Shown here piece by piece: positions 36,505 to 45,880 of a stretch of 64,000 nt of DNA. The position numbers were made by a program, and so were the translations under genes. Numbering within the stretch: the stretch's first letter is position 1; every line of letters begins with the position of its first letter. The notes beneath the pieces are model-generated. The model was not told the DNA's origin and made no database searches. It saw only the letters and a program-made list of their open reading frames with translations. The DNA comes from Victivallales bacterium (GTDB lineage: Bacteria > Verrucomicrobiota > Lentisphaeria > Victivallales > GWF2-50-93). The stretch spans positions 15,140 through 79,139 of the forward strand of contig JBAQUG010000499.1 of NCBI GenBank assembly GCA_049297395.1. Direction: 5' to 3'.

Positions 36505-36528
36505 GTTGCGGGCAAAGCCCCCCCTTAA
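36505..36528 (+). repeat. Short GC-rich motif GTTGCGGGCAAAGCCCCCCCTTAA (family also at 50538-50560 and 50900-50920)
   Basis: The reverse complements of the other two copies read GTTGCGGGCAAAGCCCTCTTAAG and CTGCGGGCAAATCCCCCTTAG. All three lie within 3-70 nt of a gene 3' end. Confidence 0.6.
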
Positions 36529-36533
36529 ATATA

Positions 36534-36781
36534 CGTATAGGAAATTGTATTTTAGACAGGATAACGGGATAAACGGGATTTAAAATGGATCTAAATAATA
36601 AGTTGCAATCAAAGAATCAAAGAGCACGTCAGCAGAGTGACGTGGCTACAACAAATCCAAGCTGTAGCCGCGTCACTCTGCTGACGCGTTCCTTTCCCGA
36701 TGAATGCACCTTGCTATAAATATCCTTGGAATCCTGTAAATCCTGTCAGAAAAGTTATTAAGCCCCGGAGTAGCCGGTTAA
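36534..36781 (+). repeat. 248-bp palindromic intergenic element, copy B; core hairpin at 36625-36688
   Basis: Collinear with 24375-24615. Ends 23 nt before the ATG of the 980-aa glycosidase gene. Confidence 0.85.
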
Positions 36782-36804
36782 ATACTTCATAAAGGAGAGG
36801 AAAT

Positions 36805-39747
36805 ATGATTGGAAAGACAATGAGAATTGCGGTCATGGCGATGTCATGCTTGGCCGCCGCTTTCACATGCATGGCGGCGGAGAAGCAGATGGTGCTGACC
36901 GGCGACACGAACCGGCCCGAGCTAAGCACATTCATTCCGGGTGAGAAGATCACTCTGGAATTCACGGTCAGAGGCGCAGCTTCTTCCGACACGGGGCTGA
37001 AACTGCTTCTCGACATAGTGGACGAACATGGCCGGAGCGTGGAGAAGAAGGAAATCCCAGTTCAACCAGACGGCACTGGAGCATGGAAAACCACCGTGGA
37101 GACACCAGCCTCCAAGCTCGGATTCTACCGGGTGAAAGCCAAGCTTTCCAATGGCGTGGAACTTCCCAAGATTGGAACCCGACAGGCCGGCTATCTGACC
37201 TATTGTGTGGTTCCTGATCCGAGCCAGCGGAAGTTCTACCCGCAGGCGGAAACGCATTTTGGAATTGCAGGAGGCACTGCGGCAATGCAGCCTTATCTAG
37301 GTGTTCGATGGGTTCAGCATGCGGGTTATTGGCGTTTCATCGAACCGAAAGAAGGGGTTGGATGCCGTGAATATTTTGAAAAACAAAAGAGTATTCAGCC
37401 CAAGGCGAAGGGAGATTCCTGGAAAACCTACGGTGAAATATGTGTCTTTTCCTGGCCTGAATGGGCTACCAAGGGTAAACAGGGAGATCTTACCCCCGAC
37501 GGGGAAACGGCCTGGCGGAATTACTGTCTGGAACTTGGGAAAAGGTTTGCAGACAGCGAGGCGAACGGTGAAATGAGCGGACATGTCTACCAGGTACTAT
37601 GGGAACCCGTCTATCCGTGGGGGCATAAAGGAACTGACGAAGGACTCGTTCGCGGTGCGGAGATCGCATACAAGGCATTGCACGAAGCTGATCCGAAGGC
37701 CGTGGTGATCGGCCCGACCGGCGCCGGCATCCGGAATTCCGACCTTGAATGGAACCGCAATCTCCTCAAAAAGGGAATGGGCAAGTATCTCGACGGCTTT
37801 TCCATTCATCCCTACATCTCGGTGCCGGAACGTGACGGGCTGGTGGAAAACATCAGGACATTGAAGGGGATTATCCGTCAGGCGCTCGGCAAGGATCTTC
37901 CGCTCTATGGAAGCGAGCAGGGATCCCAGACCAAAGAGGATCCCTCCAAGGAACTGGAACAGGCGCAGTTCCTGGTCCGCTCCAGTCTGATCATGCTGGG
38001 AGAAGGGTTTCAATATAATTTCATCTTTTTCGGCCAGGATTATCCTTCTGAGCCTGGCTACGGTCTTTATTACAACTTCGATCCTGCCAAATATGTATGG
38101 GGCGGCGGCCCAGGCAGCCCCAAGCCAGTAGTCCCCTCCTATGCGGCGATGACCTTCCTCCTGGATGGACATCAGACTGGAGGTGCGATCGAATGGCTGG
38201 GCAAGACGGCGCTGGGATATGTTTTCGAGAGGCCCGGCAGCATTGTGCTCGCCCTTTGGGATTACGGTGACAATCCCAGGGAAGTTTCATTGCCTGTAGG
38301 AACCAGGCAGGTCGATATTTACGACTGGATGGGGAACATGAGGACAGTTCCCACCCCGGACGGCGAACTGAAGATCACCCTGACACCGGAGCCAGTCTAT
38401 GTCAAAGGAGCCTCTCCAAGGTTCTGGAGCAGGACGGCCGAAAAACCGTTGAAGCTGAAGGATGAGCGGGTACGGGCATATCCCGGCGGACAGGTTGTCG
38501 TTTCGGGTGAAGTCACGGCCTCCGGCGACAAGCCGATCAAGGGAGTGGTCGCGCTGGAAACCGACAGGAAATTGCATGCGCGACGCATGGAGGTTCCGGT
38601 TTCGGCCGAAGAAAGTATGTTTTTCTGGAACAAGAAGAGCCAGTCTTTTGATTTCGTATTGGACATCCCCATGGATCTGCCATTGGGAATGTATCCCGTC
38701 AAGATCACGCTGGAGGACGGGAGCGGTCCCTTGTCCGGCATCGCCCTGCCGCTTGAGGTGCTCTCGCCGATATCAATTGCCTCGGTCGAGCCGGTCTTTC
38801 TCCCTGGCGGCAGGAAGGGACTGAAGATCAACGTGAAGGAAATGCAGGGAAGAAGCGCCCAGGCAGGCATTCAAGCCCGCCTCAACGGCGTTCCGGAAAG
38901 CAGGAAGAGCGTGGAGACCAGGATTCAGGCCAACGAGGAGAAAAGCGTGATAATCGCTTATGACGGCCTTGAGGTCTTGCCGGCGCGTATGTACAAGGTG
39001 CCGGTTCAGCTTACGCTTGACAACGGCTTCAAGGTGGAAAAGGAATTCTCCGTCAACCTGATGAGCATTCCGCATCTGTCCAAGCCACCGGTGATTGATG
39101 GAAGTCTCGCGGACTGGACGGCCATCCCCCCCATCGAAATGCATGGCAGGGAATGGGTGGTGCGTTCGCCGGAATACTACAAGGACGGTTTTTCCGCGAC
39201 GGCGCGGTTTGCCTGGGATGAACAGGCTTTCTATCTGGCATTCGAAGTGACGGACGATGTCTTCCTCCAGCCCTATGCCGGATTTGACACCTGGAACGGC
39301 GACTGCATCCAGCTGGATCTGGACCTGGATCCGCGGAAGCTCGTGCTTGCAAGCGGCAATCTCCTTCTCGACAACGACAGCAGTTCCAAGCGGCGCCACA
39401 CGGAGATCGATCTGGCTCTGACGAAGAACGGCTCCGAGGCATATCGGACTCTGACATTTGACCCAGGCAAGTTGCCCATCGCATTGCTCCCGGCCGATAA
39501 AATCAAGCTGGCCGTGGTCAAGACAGGAGATGGGAAATTGATTTACGAGGCGGCCATCCCCTGGGAAACCCTCGGTCTGACAGGCAGGCCCAAGGCGGGC
39601 GACGCTATCGGGATTGCCGCCGCCATCAACGACCGGGATGAAGTCAATCCCAAACAGGCCGACGTGACGGCCATCGGTCTCTTTGACGGAATGGCGGGAG
39701 CGAACAAGAATCCAGAGAAGTTCGGATATGTCGTACTGGGGGAATAA
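36805..39747 (+). CDS. Secreted clan-GH-A-like glycosidase with C-terminal CBM9-like domain (paralogue A)
   Basis: 980 aa with a signal peptide and AAGGAG upstream of the ATG. YQVLWEPVYPW (acid/base-like block), FSIHPY, LYGSEQG (nucleophile-like block). C-terminal PPVIDGSLADWTAIPPIEM...ARFAWDEQAFYLAFEVTDDVF is CBM9/DOMON-like. Paralogous to the genes at 53784-56684 and 56804-60475. Confidence 0.7.
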   Translation: MIGKTMRIAVMAMSCLAAAFTCMAAEKQMVLTGDTNRPELSTFIPGEKITLEFTVRGAASSDTGLKLLLDIVDEHGRSVEKKEIPVQPDGTGAWKTTVETPASKLGFYRVKAKLSNGVELPKIGTRQAGYLTYCVVPDPSQRKFYPQAETHFGIAGGTAAMQPYLGVRWVQHAGYWRFIEPKEGVGCREYFEKQKSIQPKAKGDSWKTYGEICVFSWPEWATKGKQGDLTPDGETAWRNYCLELGKRFADSEANGEMSGHVYQVLWEPVYPWGHKGTDEGLVRGAEIAYKALHEADPKAVVIGPTGAGIRNSDLEWNRNLLKKGMGKYLDGFSIHPYISVPERDGLVENIRTLKGIIRQALGKDLPLYGSEQGSQTKEDPSKELEQAQFLVRSSLIMLGEGFQYNFIFFGQDYPSEPGYGLYYNFDPAKYVWGGGPGSPKPVVPSYAAMTFLLDGHQTGGAIEWLGKTALGYVFERPGSIVLALWDYGDNPREVSLPVGTRQVDIYDWMGNMRTVPTPDGELKITLTPEPVYVKGASPRFWSRTAEKPLKLKDERVRAYPGGQVVVSGEVTASGDKPIKGVVALETDRKLHARRMEVPVSAEESMFFWNKKSQSFDFVLDIPMDLPLGMYPVKITLEDGSGPLSGIALPLEVLSPISIASVEPVFLPGGRKGLKINVKEMQGRSAQAGIQARLNGVPESRKSVETRIQANEEKSVIIAYDGLEVLPARMYKVPVQLTLDNGFKVEKEFSVNLMSIPHLSKPPVIDGSLADWTAIPPIEMHGREWVVRSPEYYKDGFSATARFAWDEQAFYLAFEVTDDVFLQPYAGFDTWNGDCIQLDLDLDPRKLVLASGNLLLDNDSSSKRRHTEIDLALTKNGSEAYRTLTFDPGKLPIALLPADKIKLAVVKTGDGKLIYEAAIPWETLGLTGRPKAGDAIGIAAAINDRDEVNPKQADVTAIGLFDGMAGANKNPEKFGYVVLGE

Positions 39748-39784
39748 CAGTATATAAATCTCAAACAATAGAAAGCAAAATAAC

Positions 39785-39998
39785 GTAACCGTTAAGCTGG
39801 GACATCCCCTGCCAGCTTGCCTGGCAGGAGTAGAAGATTATTCAGGCTAAAACTGGAGAATCAATCCCCTTTCCGCATCCGGCGGTACAACACCGCCGGA
39901 TGCGGAAAGGGGTAGTGCAGGCGGAAGCAATAACTGGCAATCTTTATTTCCTGCCGGGCAAGCCGGCAGGGGATATAAATACCCAGCTTAACGGTTAC
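39785..39998. mobile_element. 214-bp MITE-like palindromic element
   Basis: Perfect 17-bp terminal inverted repeats GTAACCGTTAAGCTGGG (39785-39801) / CCCAGCTTAACGGTTAC (39982-39998). Sub-terminal hairpins at 39808-39828 and 39951-39971 mirror each other with compensatory changes. Central perfect 20-bp stem at 39866-39885 / 39893-39912. Confidence 0.75.
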
Positions 39999-40051
39999 AA
40001 AATTGACTACTAGCGAATAAAACAACAATTTGGAAACTGAGGGATTGAATT

Positions 40052-41806
40052 ATGAACGTTGCATCAAGAATATTTTTGGCAATTGGCATTGCGTCAATGG
40101 GTTTGTACTGCATCCCGTCCCATGCGGCGGACGAAGTGGCGGAGCGCCCTGTCAGCATCAGCTTTTCCGGGATACTGGGACAGAGCCAGGCGGCGGACGC
40201 TGAACCATTGCCTTTTGTCGGCGCCGGCGGCGTGTTTTTTGACAAAAAAGGAAATCTATGGACAGCGTCTGGGAATGAATTGTTCATGTTTTCCAGGGCA
40301 GAAGGGAAATCATGGGCGTGTTCGAAGAGGATTGCCCTGCCGTCCCCTCTTCTGGGGCGTGCTGGAATTCGCTGGGACGGCGAAAGGGCGTTTTTCGCCT
40401 GTCCCGATGGCAAACTCTATTCATTCGATCCGGAAACCCAGGCAGTGACATCTTTTGCCAAGACCGGGGATTTTTCGAGCAGCATCTCCGCATTTCTTGC
40501 GGTTGTTCCGGCGGGACTTACGAAAGGATATGCCGCCAAGGGGAAAATATTCCTGCTGGACGGAATCCAGGTTCAGGCTTTCAAGGAAGACGGTTCCCCG
40601 TCCGGCGTAGTCCTGAAGCTGGAGCTGCCAAAGGACACCGCACGTTATTGCGCCATTGGCATTGAACCGCATACCGGCGACCTGCTTGTTGCCAGCTATT
40701 GGCCAGGCTCGAAGATTTACCGGTTTGATGTTTCCGGCCAACAGGTGACGAGCGCCGGGTGGCCTCGGAGCGGCGATGCAAGCGGCATCGTTACGCTCAA
40801 GGAAACGGCCTGGGCAGTGCTTTTGGGCGGCGGAGCCGTCTCACTCCCCCTGGATCGGGACAAGACCGAAGCATCCACAACTGAATCCTGCTATACCATG
40901 TATGCCAGCGGCATGGCGGAGGATCCGGATGGCGGACGCTGGATTGCATGTTCCCAGGGACTGGTAGAATTTGACAAAAATGGTCACGCCACAAAACGGC
41001 GCCTGGGGGGCGTGGCGGGTGTTCAGTCCATGTCCGCCGCCGACGATGGCACGCTGATCGCCCTGGTGGAAAACGGACAGCGCATAATCCGGCTTGCCAT
41101 AGATGATGAACCGGATGCAGTTTTCACCTCCAATGCCAACGAACCGTTCCGCACAGGGGCGAGCTGGAGCAACAAGGCGTGCGGGCTTGCATGGAATGGC
41201 AAACAGTTCCTAGTGCTGGATCAGACCAGCCGGCAACTTTGGCGCTTCGATCCATGGCATATGCTTTTCGGGGAAAAACCTTGGAACGAGGCCACCCAGC
41301 CCGGGCAGTTTTCAAATCCCAGCGCTTTGACGTCAAACGGGATCCGGACCTGGATCGTGGACGGAGGGAAGGTGCTGGAAGTCAATCTTCTGCCCGGGGA
41401 AAAGGCCGTTCCTTGCCCGGTTGATCTGACCGACAGTGAAAGTTTGGGCGGGATTGTTTCGCTGTCCACGTCGTCGGATGGCAGCCTGCTGGGGGTGGCA
41501 TCCAAAAACAAAGTCAGAGCCTACATGCGTTCTTCCACAGGTTCTTATGCCCCTCTGTGGAATGCCGTCGAGGGATTCCAATCCATCAGTGGCATGTCCG
41601 TGGTCAAGGATGTACTGTTTGTGGCGGATAAAGGCAGACGCTCTGTCACAGGGCTTTCACTGAAGACTGGAAAAACAGTGGCGGTCCTGGAAGAGGGCGC
41701 AGTTAAAGGCGGCATGATGCCTGCCTGCATCACCGGTTCATCCCCCTGGCTGCTGGTGGCGGACGAACAGGGAAGGCGCATACTCCGCTTCAAGATCGCA
41801 AATTAA
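40052..41806 (+). CDS. Secreted hypothetical protein, probable beta-propeller-type repeat protein
   Basis: 584 aa. Signal peptide [25 protein letters not shown]. Repetitive beta-strand-like segments are spread throughout. The fold call is an inference only. Confidence 0.6.
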   Translation: MNVASRIFLAIGIASMGLYCIPSHAADEVAERPVSISFSGILGQSQAADAEPLPFVGAGGVFFDKKGNLWTASGNELFMFSRAEGKSWACSKRIALPSPLLGRAGIRWDGERAFFACPDGKLYSFDPETQAVTSFAKTGDFSSSISAFLAVVPAGLTKGYAAKGKIFLLDGIQVQAFKEDGSPSGVVLKLELPKDTARYCAIGIEPHTGDLLVASYWPGSKIYRFDVSGQQVTSAGWPRSGDASGIVTLKETAWAVLLGGGAVSLPLDRDKTEASTTESCYTMYASGMAEDPDGGRWIACSQGLVEFDKNGHATKRRLGGVAGVQSMSAADDGTLIALVENGQRIIRLAIDDEPDAVFTSNANEPFRTGASWSNKACGLAWNGKQFLVLDQTSRQLWRFDPWHMLFGEKPWNEATQPGQFSNPSALTSNGIRTWIVDGGKVLEVNLLPGEKAVPCPVDLTDSESLGGIVSLSTSSDGSLLGVASKNKVRAYMRSSTGSYAPLWNAVEGFQSISGMSVVKDVLFVADKGRRSVTGLSLKTGKTVAVLEEGAVKGGMMPACITGSSPWLLVADEQGRRILRFKIAN

Positions 41807-41823
41807 AAATTAAGGAGGATAGC

Positions 41824-42531
41824 ATGAGAACACAATCCAGGACAGAATTCACACTGATAGAATTGCTCGTTGTGATTGCGATCATCGCAATCCTCGCGGC
41901 GATGCTGCTGCCCGCCCTGAAGAATGCAAAGGACACCGCCAAGGGTATTGTGTGCGGTAGCAGCATGAAGCAGATATTCTACACATTTTCCATGTACAAC
42001 GACGACAACAACGATTATTTCACGCCTCATCAGGTGTCGTTCCCATCGGTGGGCAAGATATATTGGGCTGACTTCCTGAAGCCGTATGTAAATGACCACA
42101 CACCTGTGCCAGGCGTAGACCCTGCCTACTACTTCTTAGACTGCTCCCCCGTTCCTAAAGGATTCCTCTGCCCCAGCATGCCTGAAAGACCACCGTACAT
42201 TAACTACTATCCCACCACGTGCTATCTCGGTATCGGCTACAACGACAGCGGCCTTGGAAATGTGATATGGGCGCGCACCATCAGACGCGCACAAATCCGG
42301 CAGCCAAGCAAGATCGTGCTTGTCGGCGATTCAAATTATTCTCCGGTCGGGGGTGGGGCGCCCGCCGGGTTTAATAGGCTCGGCATGGGCGATTGTATTT
42401 ATTTCTACCGTCATGCTAAATCGGCCAACATCTGTTTCACGGACGGCCATGTTGAACCGCAGAAATACGGATGGGTGATAGCAGCCTGGGCAAACTTCTA
42501 TCAGAAGTATCCGCTGATGGAAGCCTGGTAG
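41824..42531 (+). CDS. Prepilin-type N-terminal domain / H-X9-DG pseudopilin-like protein
   Basis: 235 aa. [40 protein letters not shown]-terminal [13 protein letters not shown] (H-X9-DG). AAGGAGG lies upstream of the ATG. Confidence 0.9.
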   Translation: MRTQSRTEFTLIELLVVIAIIAILAAMLLPALKNAKDTAKGIVCGSSMKQIFYTFSMYNDDNNDYFTPHQVSFPSVGKIYWADFLKPYVNDHTPVPGVDPAYYFLDCSPVPKGFLCPSMPERPPYINYYPTTCYLGIGYNDSGLGNVIWARTIRRAQIRQPSKIVLVGDSNYSPVGGGAPAGFNRLGMGDCIYFYRHAKSANICFTDGHVEPQKYGWVIAAWANFYQKYPLMEAW

Positions 42532-44934
42532 ATGAGGGAAGGCATGAGCACTGTCCAACTAAAATCAGAATGGGAACTTTCATTCGCAGATCCGGAAACG
42601 GGGGCTGACCGCACTGTTTCCGCTGAAGTTCCCGGAAATATCGCAGCTGATCTGATGAGAGGGAGGATTATTCCCGATCTTTATGTCGGCGCAAACGCCC
42701 TTGTATCGCAGAAATGGGAACGCACTGATTTCACCTACGCGACAAAGTTTGCCGCACCGGCATTGGATGACGGCGAACGGCTTGAACTCCTGTTCGAAGG
42801 GATAGATACCGTGGCGGATATCGTCCTCAACGGCAAAATAGTCGGCATTGCCGACAACATGTTCATTCCGCATGCAATAGATATTACACGGACGGTAAAA
42901 GAGGGGGGAATCAATTCGCTGGAAGTGCGGATCCACAACATAATTGACGCTGCCGCCTCGAAGGCGAAGGAGTGGGGAGCCGAAGGGTTGATGTTCAACA
43001 CGATGCTTGTCAACGGCGGCACCGGATATGAATCGCTTTACGTGCGCAAGTCGCGGCATATGTTCGGCTGGGACATCGCCCCGCGGATACTTTTCGGAGG
43101 AATATGGCGTCCGGTCCATCTGCGTGTGCGCCGGCAGGAGGAAATACTCCCGGATGAATTCTATTGGGCGGTGACATCGTGCGACGTGGAAAAAAAGCGG
43201 GCCATGGTCAATGTCGGCTGGGGTGTGTCGCTTGATCCGTCGCGTTCATGGGGGAAATACGAACTGGCGCTCTCCGGCTCATGCGGTGAAAGCTCATTTT
43301 CGCGGACGATACCGGTGCGCTTCACGCACGGGATCATCCGAGGGATCTCCATTGATCAGGCCAAGTTCTGGTGGCCGCACGGATACGGCAAAGCAAATCT
43401 CTACGATCTTACGCTCACACTTAAGCATGATGGAAACACAGTGGATGAATATAAGACTCGGGTCGGCGTGAGGACGGTCGGACTTGACTTCAACTGCGAA
43501 CCGGGACATCCGGAAAAGAACCGCTTCCAGTTTGTGGTGAACAATACACCGATCTTTGTCCGCGGCAGCAACTGGGTTCCCGCCGACGCCCTGCATGCCT
43601 GCGACGAAAAGCGCATTCCTGAAATACTTGACCTGTTCCGGGACAGCGGCTGCAACATTGTCCGGATATGGGGAGGAGGCGTCTACGAAGATCATGCATT
43701 TTTCAACTACTGCGACGGACATGGGATTCTTGTCTGGCAGGATTTCATGTTTGCCTGTGCAAGATATCCCCAGCATGAGGAGTTTCTTGGCGCCGTCAGG
43801 CGGGAGGCGGAAACGATTATCCGGCGGCTGCGCAACCATGCCTCGCTCGCGCTTTGGGCGGGCGACAATGAAATAGACGACATGCTTGTCTGGGGTAAAG
43901 CTGGAAGGGCGATGCCGTCCGACAATTCAATTTCCCGCAGTGTCCTCGCATCGGCGACGGTGCGTTTCGATCCGTATCGTCCATATCTGCCGAGCTCCCC
44001 TTATATTTCCGACGAATCGTATCGCATGGGCGGATCCAATCTCCAAATGCCGGAACAGCACCTGTGGGGGCCGCGCGGCTACTTCAAGGCTGATTTCTAC
44101 TCCCGGAACACTGCGATATTCGCAAGTGAAGTAGGATATCATGGAATGCCTGCGAAGACGAGCATGGAGAAATTCCTTTCGCCTGACAAGGTCTGGGGGA
44201 CGTACAACAACGATGAGTGGCTGGTGCATGCCACCGAACCGAGCGGCCGGACGGATGGCGAATGCGCCAGACGCAACTTTCTCATGCTCAACCAGGCGAA
44301 GTCCTTCTTCGGGGAAAACTTCAAGGCCGATGACCTTGACAAGTTCGTCCTTGCCTCGCAGATCGTCCAGGCGGAGGCTAAAAAATACTTCATCGAGCAT
44401 TTCCGCCTGCGCAGACCGAAGAAGACAGGCATCATCTGGTGGAACATGATCGACTGCTGGCCACAGTTTTCGGACGCAGTAGTGGATTACTATTATTATA
44501 AGAAGCTTGCATACCACTATATAAAGGCGTCCCAGCAGGATATGCTCCTGATGATGGACGGGCCTGCTCAGGATCACTGCGCGTTACGGGTTTCAAACGA
44601 CACGTTGGAATCTGTTTCCGGAACCTATTCGGTGCGCGATGCGGAGACGAATGAGATTGTGTCATGTGGGGATTATGCAGCCGACTCCAACGGCGCATGC
44701 GATGTTGCCCGCATCCCTATTTCACAGGACGACCGCCGCCTGTTCATCATTGAGTGGTCCTGCAACGGGAAGACATGCAGGAACCATTATTTGACGGGCC
44801 GTCCACCGTTCTCATTTGAGAGATATGCCGGATGGCTGCATATCCTGCAGAAGGAAATATACAATGAATTTCCGCTTGACCTGCATTGCGATAGCATAGG
44901 GAGAACGCATGATGACCTCAAAAGAAACAGTTAG
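42532..44934 (+). CDS. Glycoside hydrolase family 2 beta-mannosidase (cytoplasmic)
   Basis: 800 aa. WELSFADPETG...VPGNIAADLMRGRIIPDLYVGANA and IVRIWGGGVYEDHAFFNYCDGHGILVWQDFMFACARYP match the GH2 beta-mannosidase pattern. The ATG at 42544 follows GAGGG and is an alternative start. No signal peptide. Confidence 0.8.
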   Translation: MREGMSTVQLKSEWELSFADPETGADRTVSAEVPGNIAADLMRGRIIPDLYVGANALVSQKWERTDFTYATKFAAPALDDGERLELLFEGIDTVADIVLNGKIVGIADNMFIPHAIDITRTVKEGGINSLEVRIHNIIDAAASKAKEWGAEGLMFNTMLVNGGTGYESLYVRKSRHMFGWDIAPRILFGGIWRPVHLRVRRQEEILPDEFYWAVTSCDVEKKRAMVNVGWGVSLDPSRSWGKYELALSGSCGESSFSRTIPVRFTHGIIRGISIDQAKFWWPHGYGKANLYDLTLTLKHDGNTVDEYKTRVGVRTVGLDFNCEPGHPEKNRFQFVVNNTPIFVRGSNWVPADALHACDEKRIPEILDLFRDSGCNIVRIWGGGVYEDHAFFNYCDGHGILVWQDFMFACARYPQHEEFLGAVRREAETIIRRLRNHASLALWAGDNEIDDMLVWGKAGRAMPSDNSISRSVLASATVRFDPYRPYLPSSPYISDESYRMGGSNLQMPEQHLWGPRGYFKADFYSRNTAIFASEVGYHGMPAKTSMEKFLSPDKVWGTYNNDEWLVHATEPSGRTDGECARRNFLMLNQAKSFFGENFKADDLDKFVLASQIVQAEAKKYFIEHFRLRRPKKTGIIWWNMIDCWPQFSDAVVDYYYYKKLAYHYIKASQQDMLLMMDGPAQDHCALRVSNDTLESVSGTYSVRDAETNEIVSCGDYAADSNGACDVARIPISQDDRRLFIIEWSCNGKTCRNHYLTGRPPFSFERYAGWLHILQKEIYNEFPLDLHCDSIGRTHDDLKRNS

Positions 44935-45880
44935 AAGGGCGATTGCCCGAACCGGTCCCGGGCGATTGCCATTGCTCTTCGGAGTAACACACCAGGAAAA
45001 ATCCGATATTCTCGGCGAGATGTTCCATCCGGCGGACAGTTTTCACCCGCCTCAGGCGAATATTGATGAGTGGGGGATAGAATGGGAATCGCTGGATCAG
45101 ACACTTGGACAGCCGAAGAACACCCCGCTTGCTTCATGGGACATGCTTTCAAGTTATGCCGCTCCCGATCCGAACGCCGCCGGAAGATACGATCATCTAC
45201 GGGCGTTTGTCGGGCGGAATGCCGATAAATATCTCATGGCGACATTGGGCATCAGCGGATTCAACCGAACGATGTATATCCGGGGGTACGAAAATACGAT
45301 GGAGGATTTATACCTCAACCGGGACAGGATCGAACAGCTCCTGGACATGGTGTTTTCATTTGAGACCGAGGTAATAAAAAATTATGGTAGATTCGGGATT
45401 GATGCGGTCAGCTTTTTCGATGACTGGGGCATGCAGGAATCGCTCATGATATCGCCTGAACTCTGGCGGGAAATGTTCAAGCCGAGGTATCGCAGGCAGT
45501 TTGATCTGGCTCATCGCCTGGGCATGCACGTCTACTTCCATTGCTGCGGAAACATTTATTCCATCATCGGGGATCTGGTTGAAATTGGCGCGGACGTCCT
45601 GAATCTGAACCAGCCGGATCTGCTAGGCATCGAGAGGATGGGAAAGGATTTCGGAGGCAGGGTGTGCTTCAACTGCCCCGTCGATCACCAGCGGCTGGCG
45701 CTGGACGGAAGCCGCGACGAGATATTCTCCTATGTCAAACGCCTATATGAAAATCTCGGATGCTTCAATGGCGGGTTCATCGGACTCATAGAGGACTACC
45801 GTTTCATGGGACAGAAAGATGAGAGCTATGAAAATATAGTGGAGGCCTTTGAGTGCTTAAACAAAGAGAGACACTCATGA
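44909..45880 (+). CDS. URO-D/MtaA family protein, paralogue 4
   Basis: 323 aa. MMTSKETVRRAIARTGPGRLPLLF..., VYFHCCGNIYSIIGDLVEIGADVLNLNQP (H-x-C-G). Overlaps the GH2 gene by 26 nt. Confidence 0.75.
   Translation: MMTSKETVRRAIARTGPGRLPLLFGVTHQEKSDILGEMFHPADSFHPPQANIDEWGIEWESLDQTLGQPKNTPLASWDMLSSYAAPDPNAAGRYDHLRAFVGRNADKYLMATLGISGFNRTMYIRGYENTMEDLYLNRDRIEQLLDMVFSFETEVIKNYGRFGIDAVSFFDDWGMQESLMISPELWREMFKPRYRRQFDLAHRLGMHVYFHCCGNIYSIIGDLVEIGADVLNLNQPDLLGIERMGKDFGGRVCFNCPVDHQRLALDGSRDEIFSYVKRLYENLGCFNGGFIGLIEDYRFMGQKDESYENIVEAFECLNKERHS

Noticed and set aside
38773-39768. 331-aa minus-strand ORF
   Set aside because: It is antisense to the CBM9-like C-terminus of the 980-aa glycosidase and extends past that gene's stop. 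It has no motifs.
43927-44577. 216-aa minus-strand ORF, and similar ones at 42580-43119, 43294-43839, 46336-47007, 47044-47532 and 49972-50514
   Set aside because: These are antisense shadows of the GH2, URO-D and GHL6-like genes.
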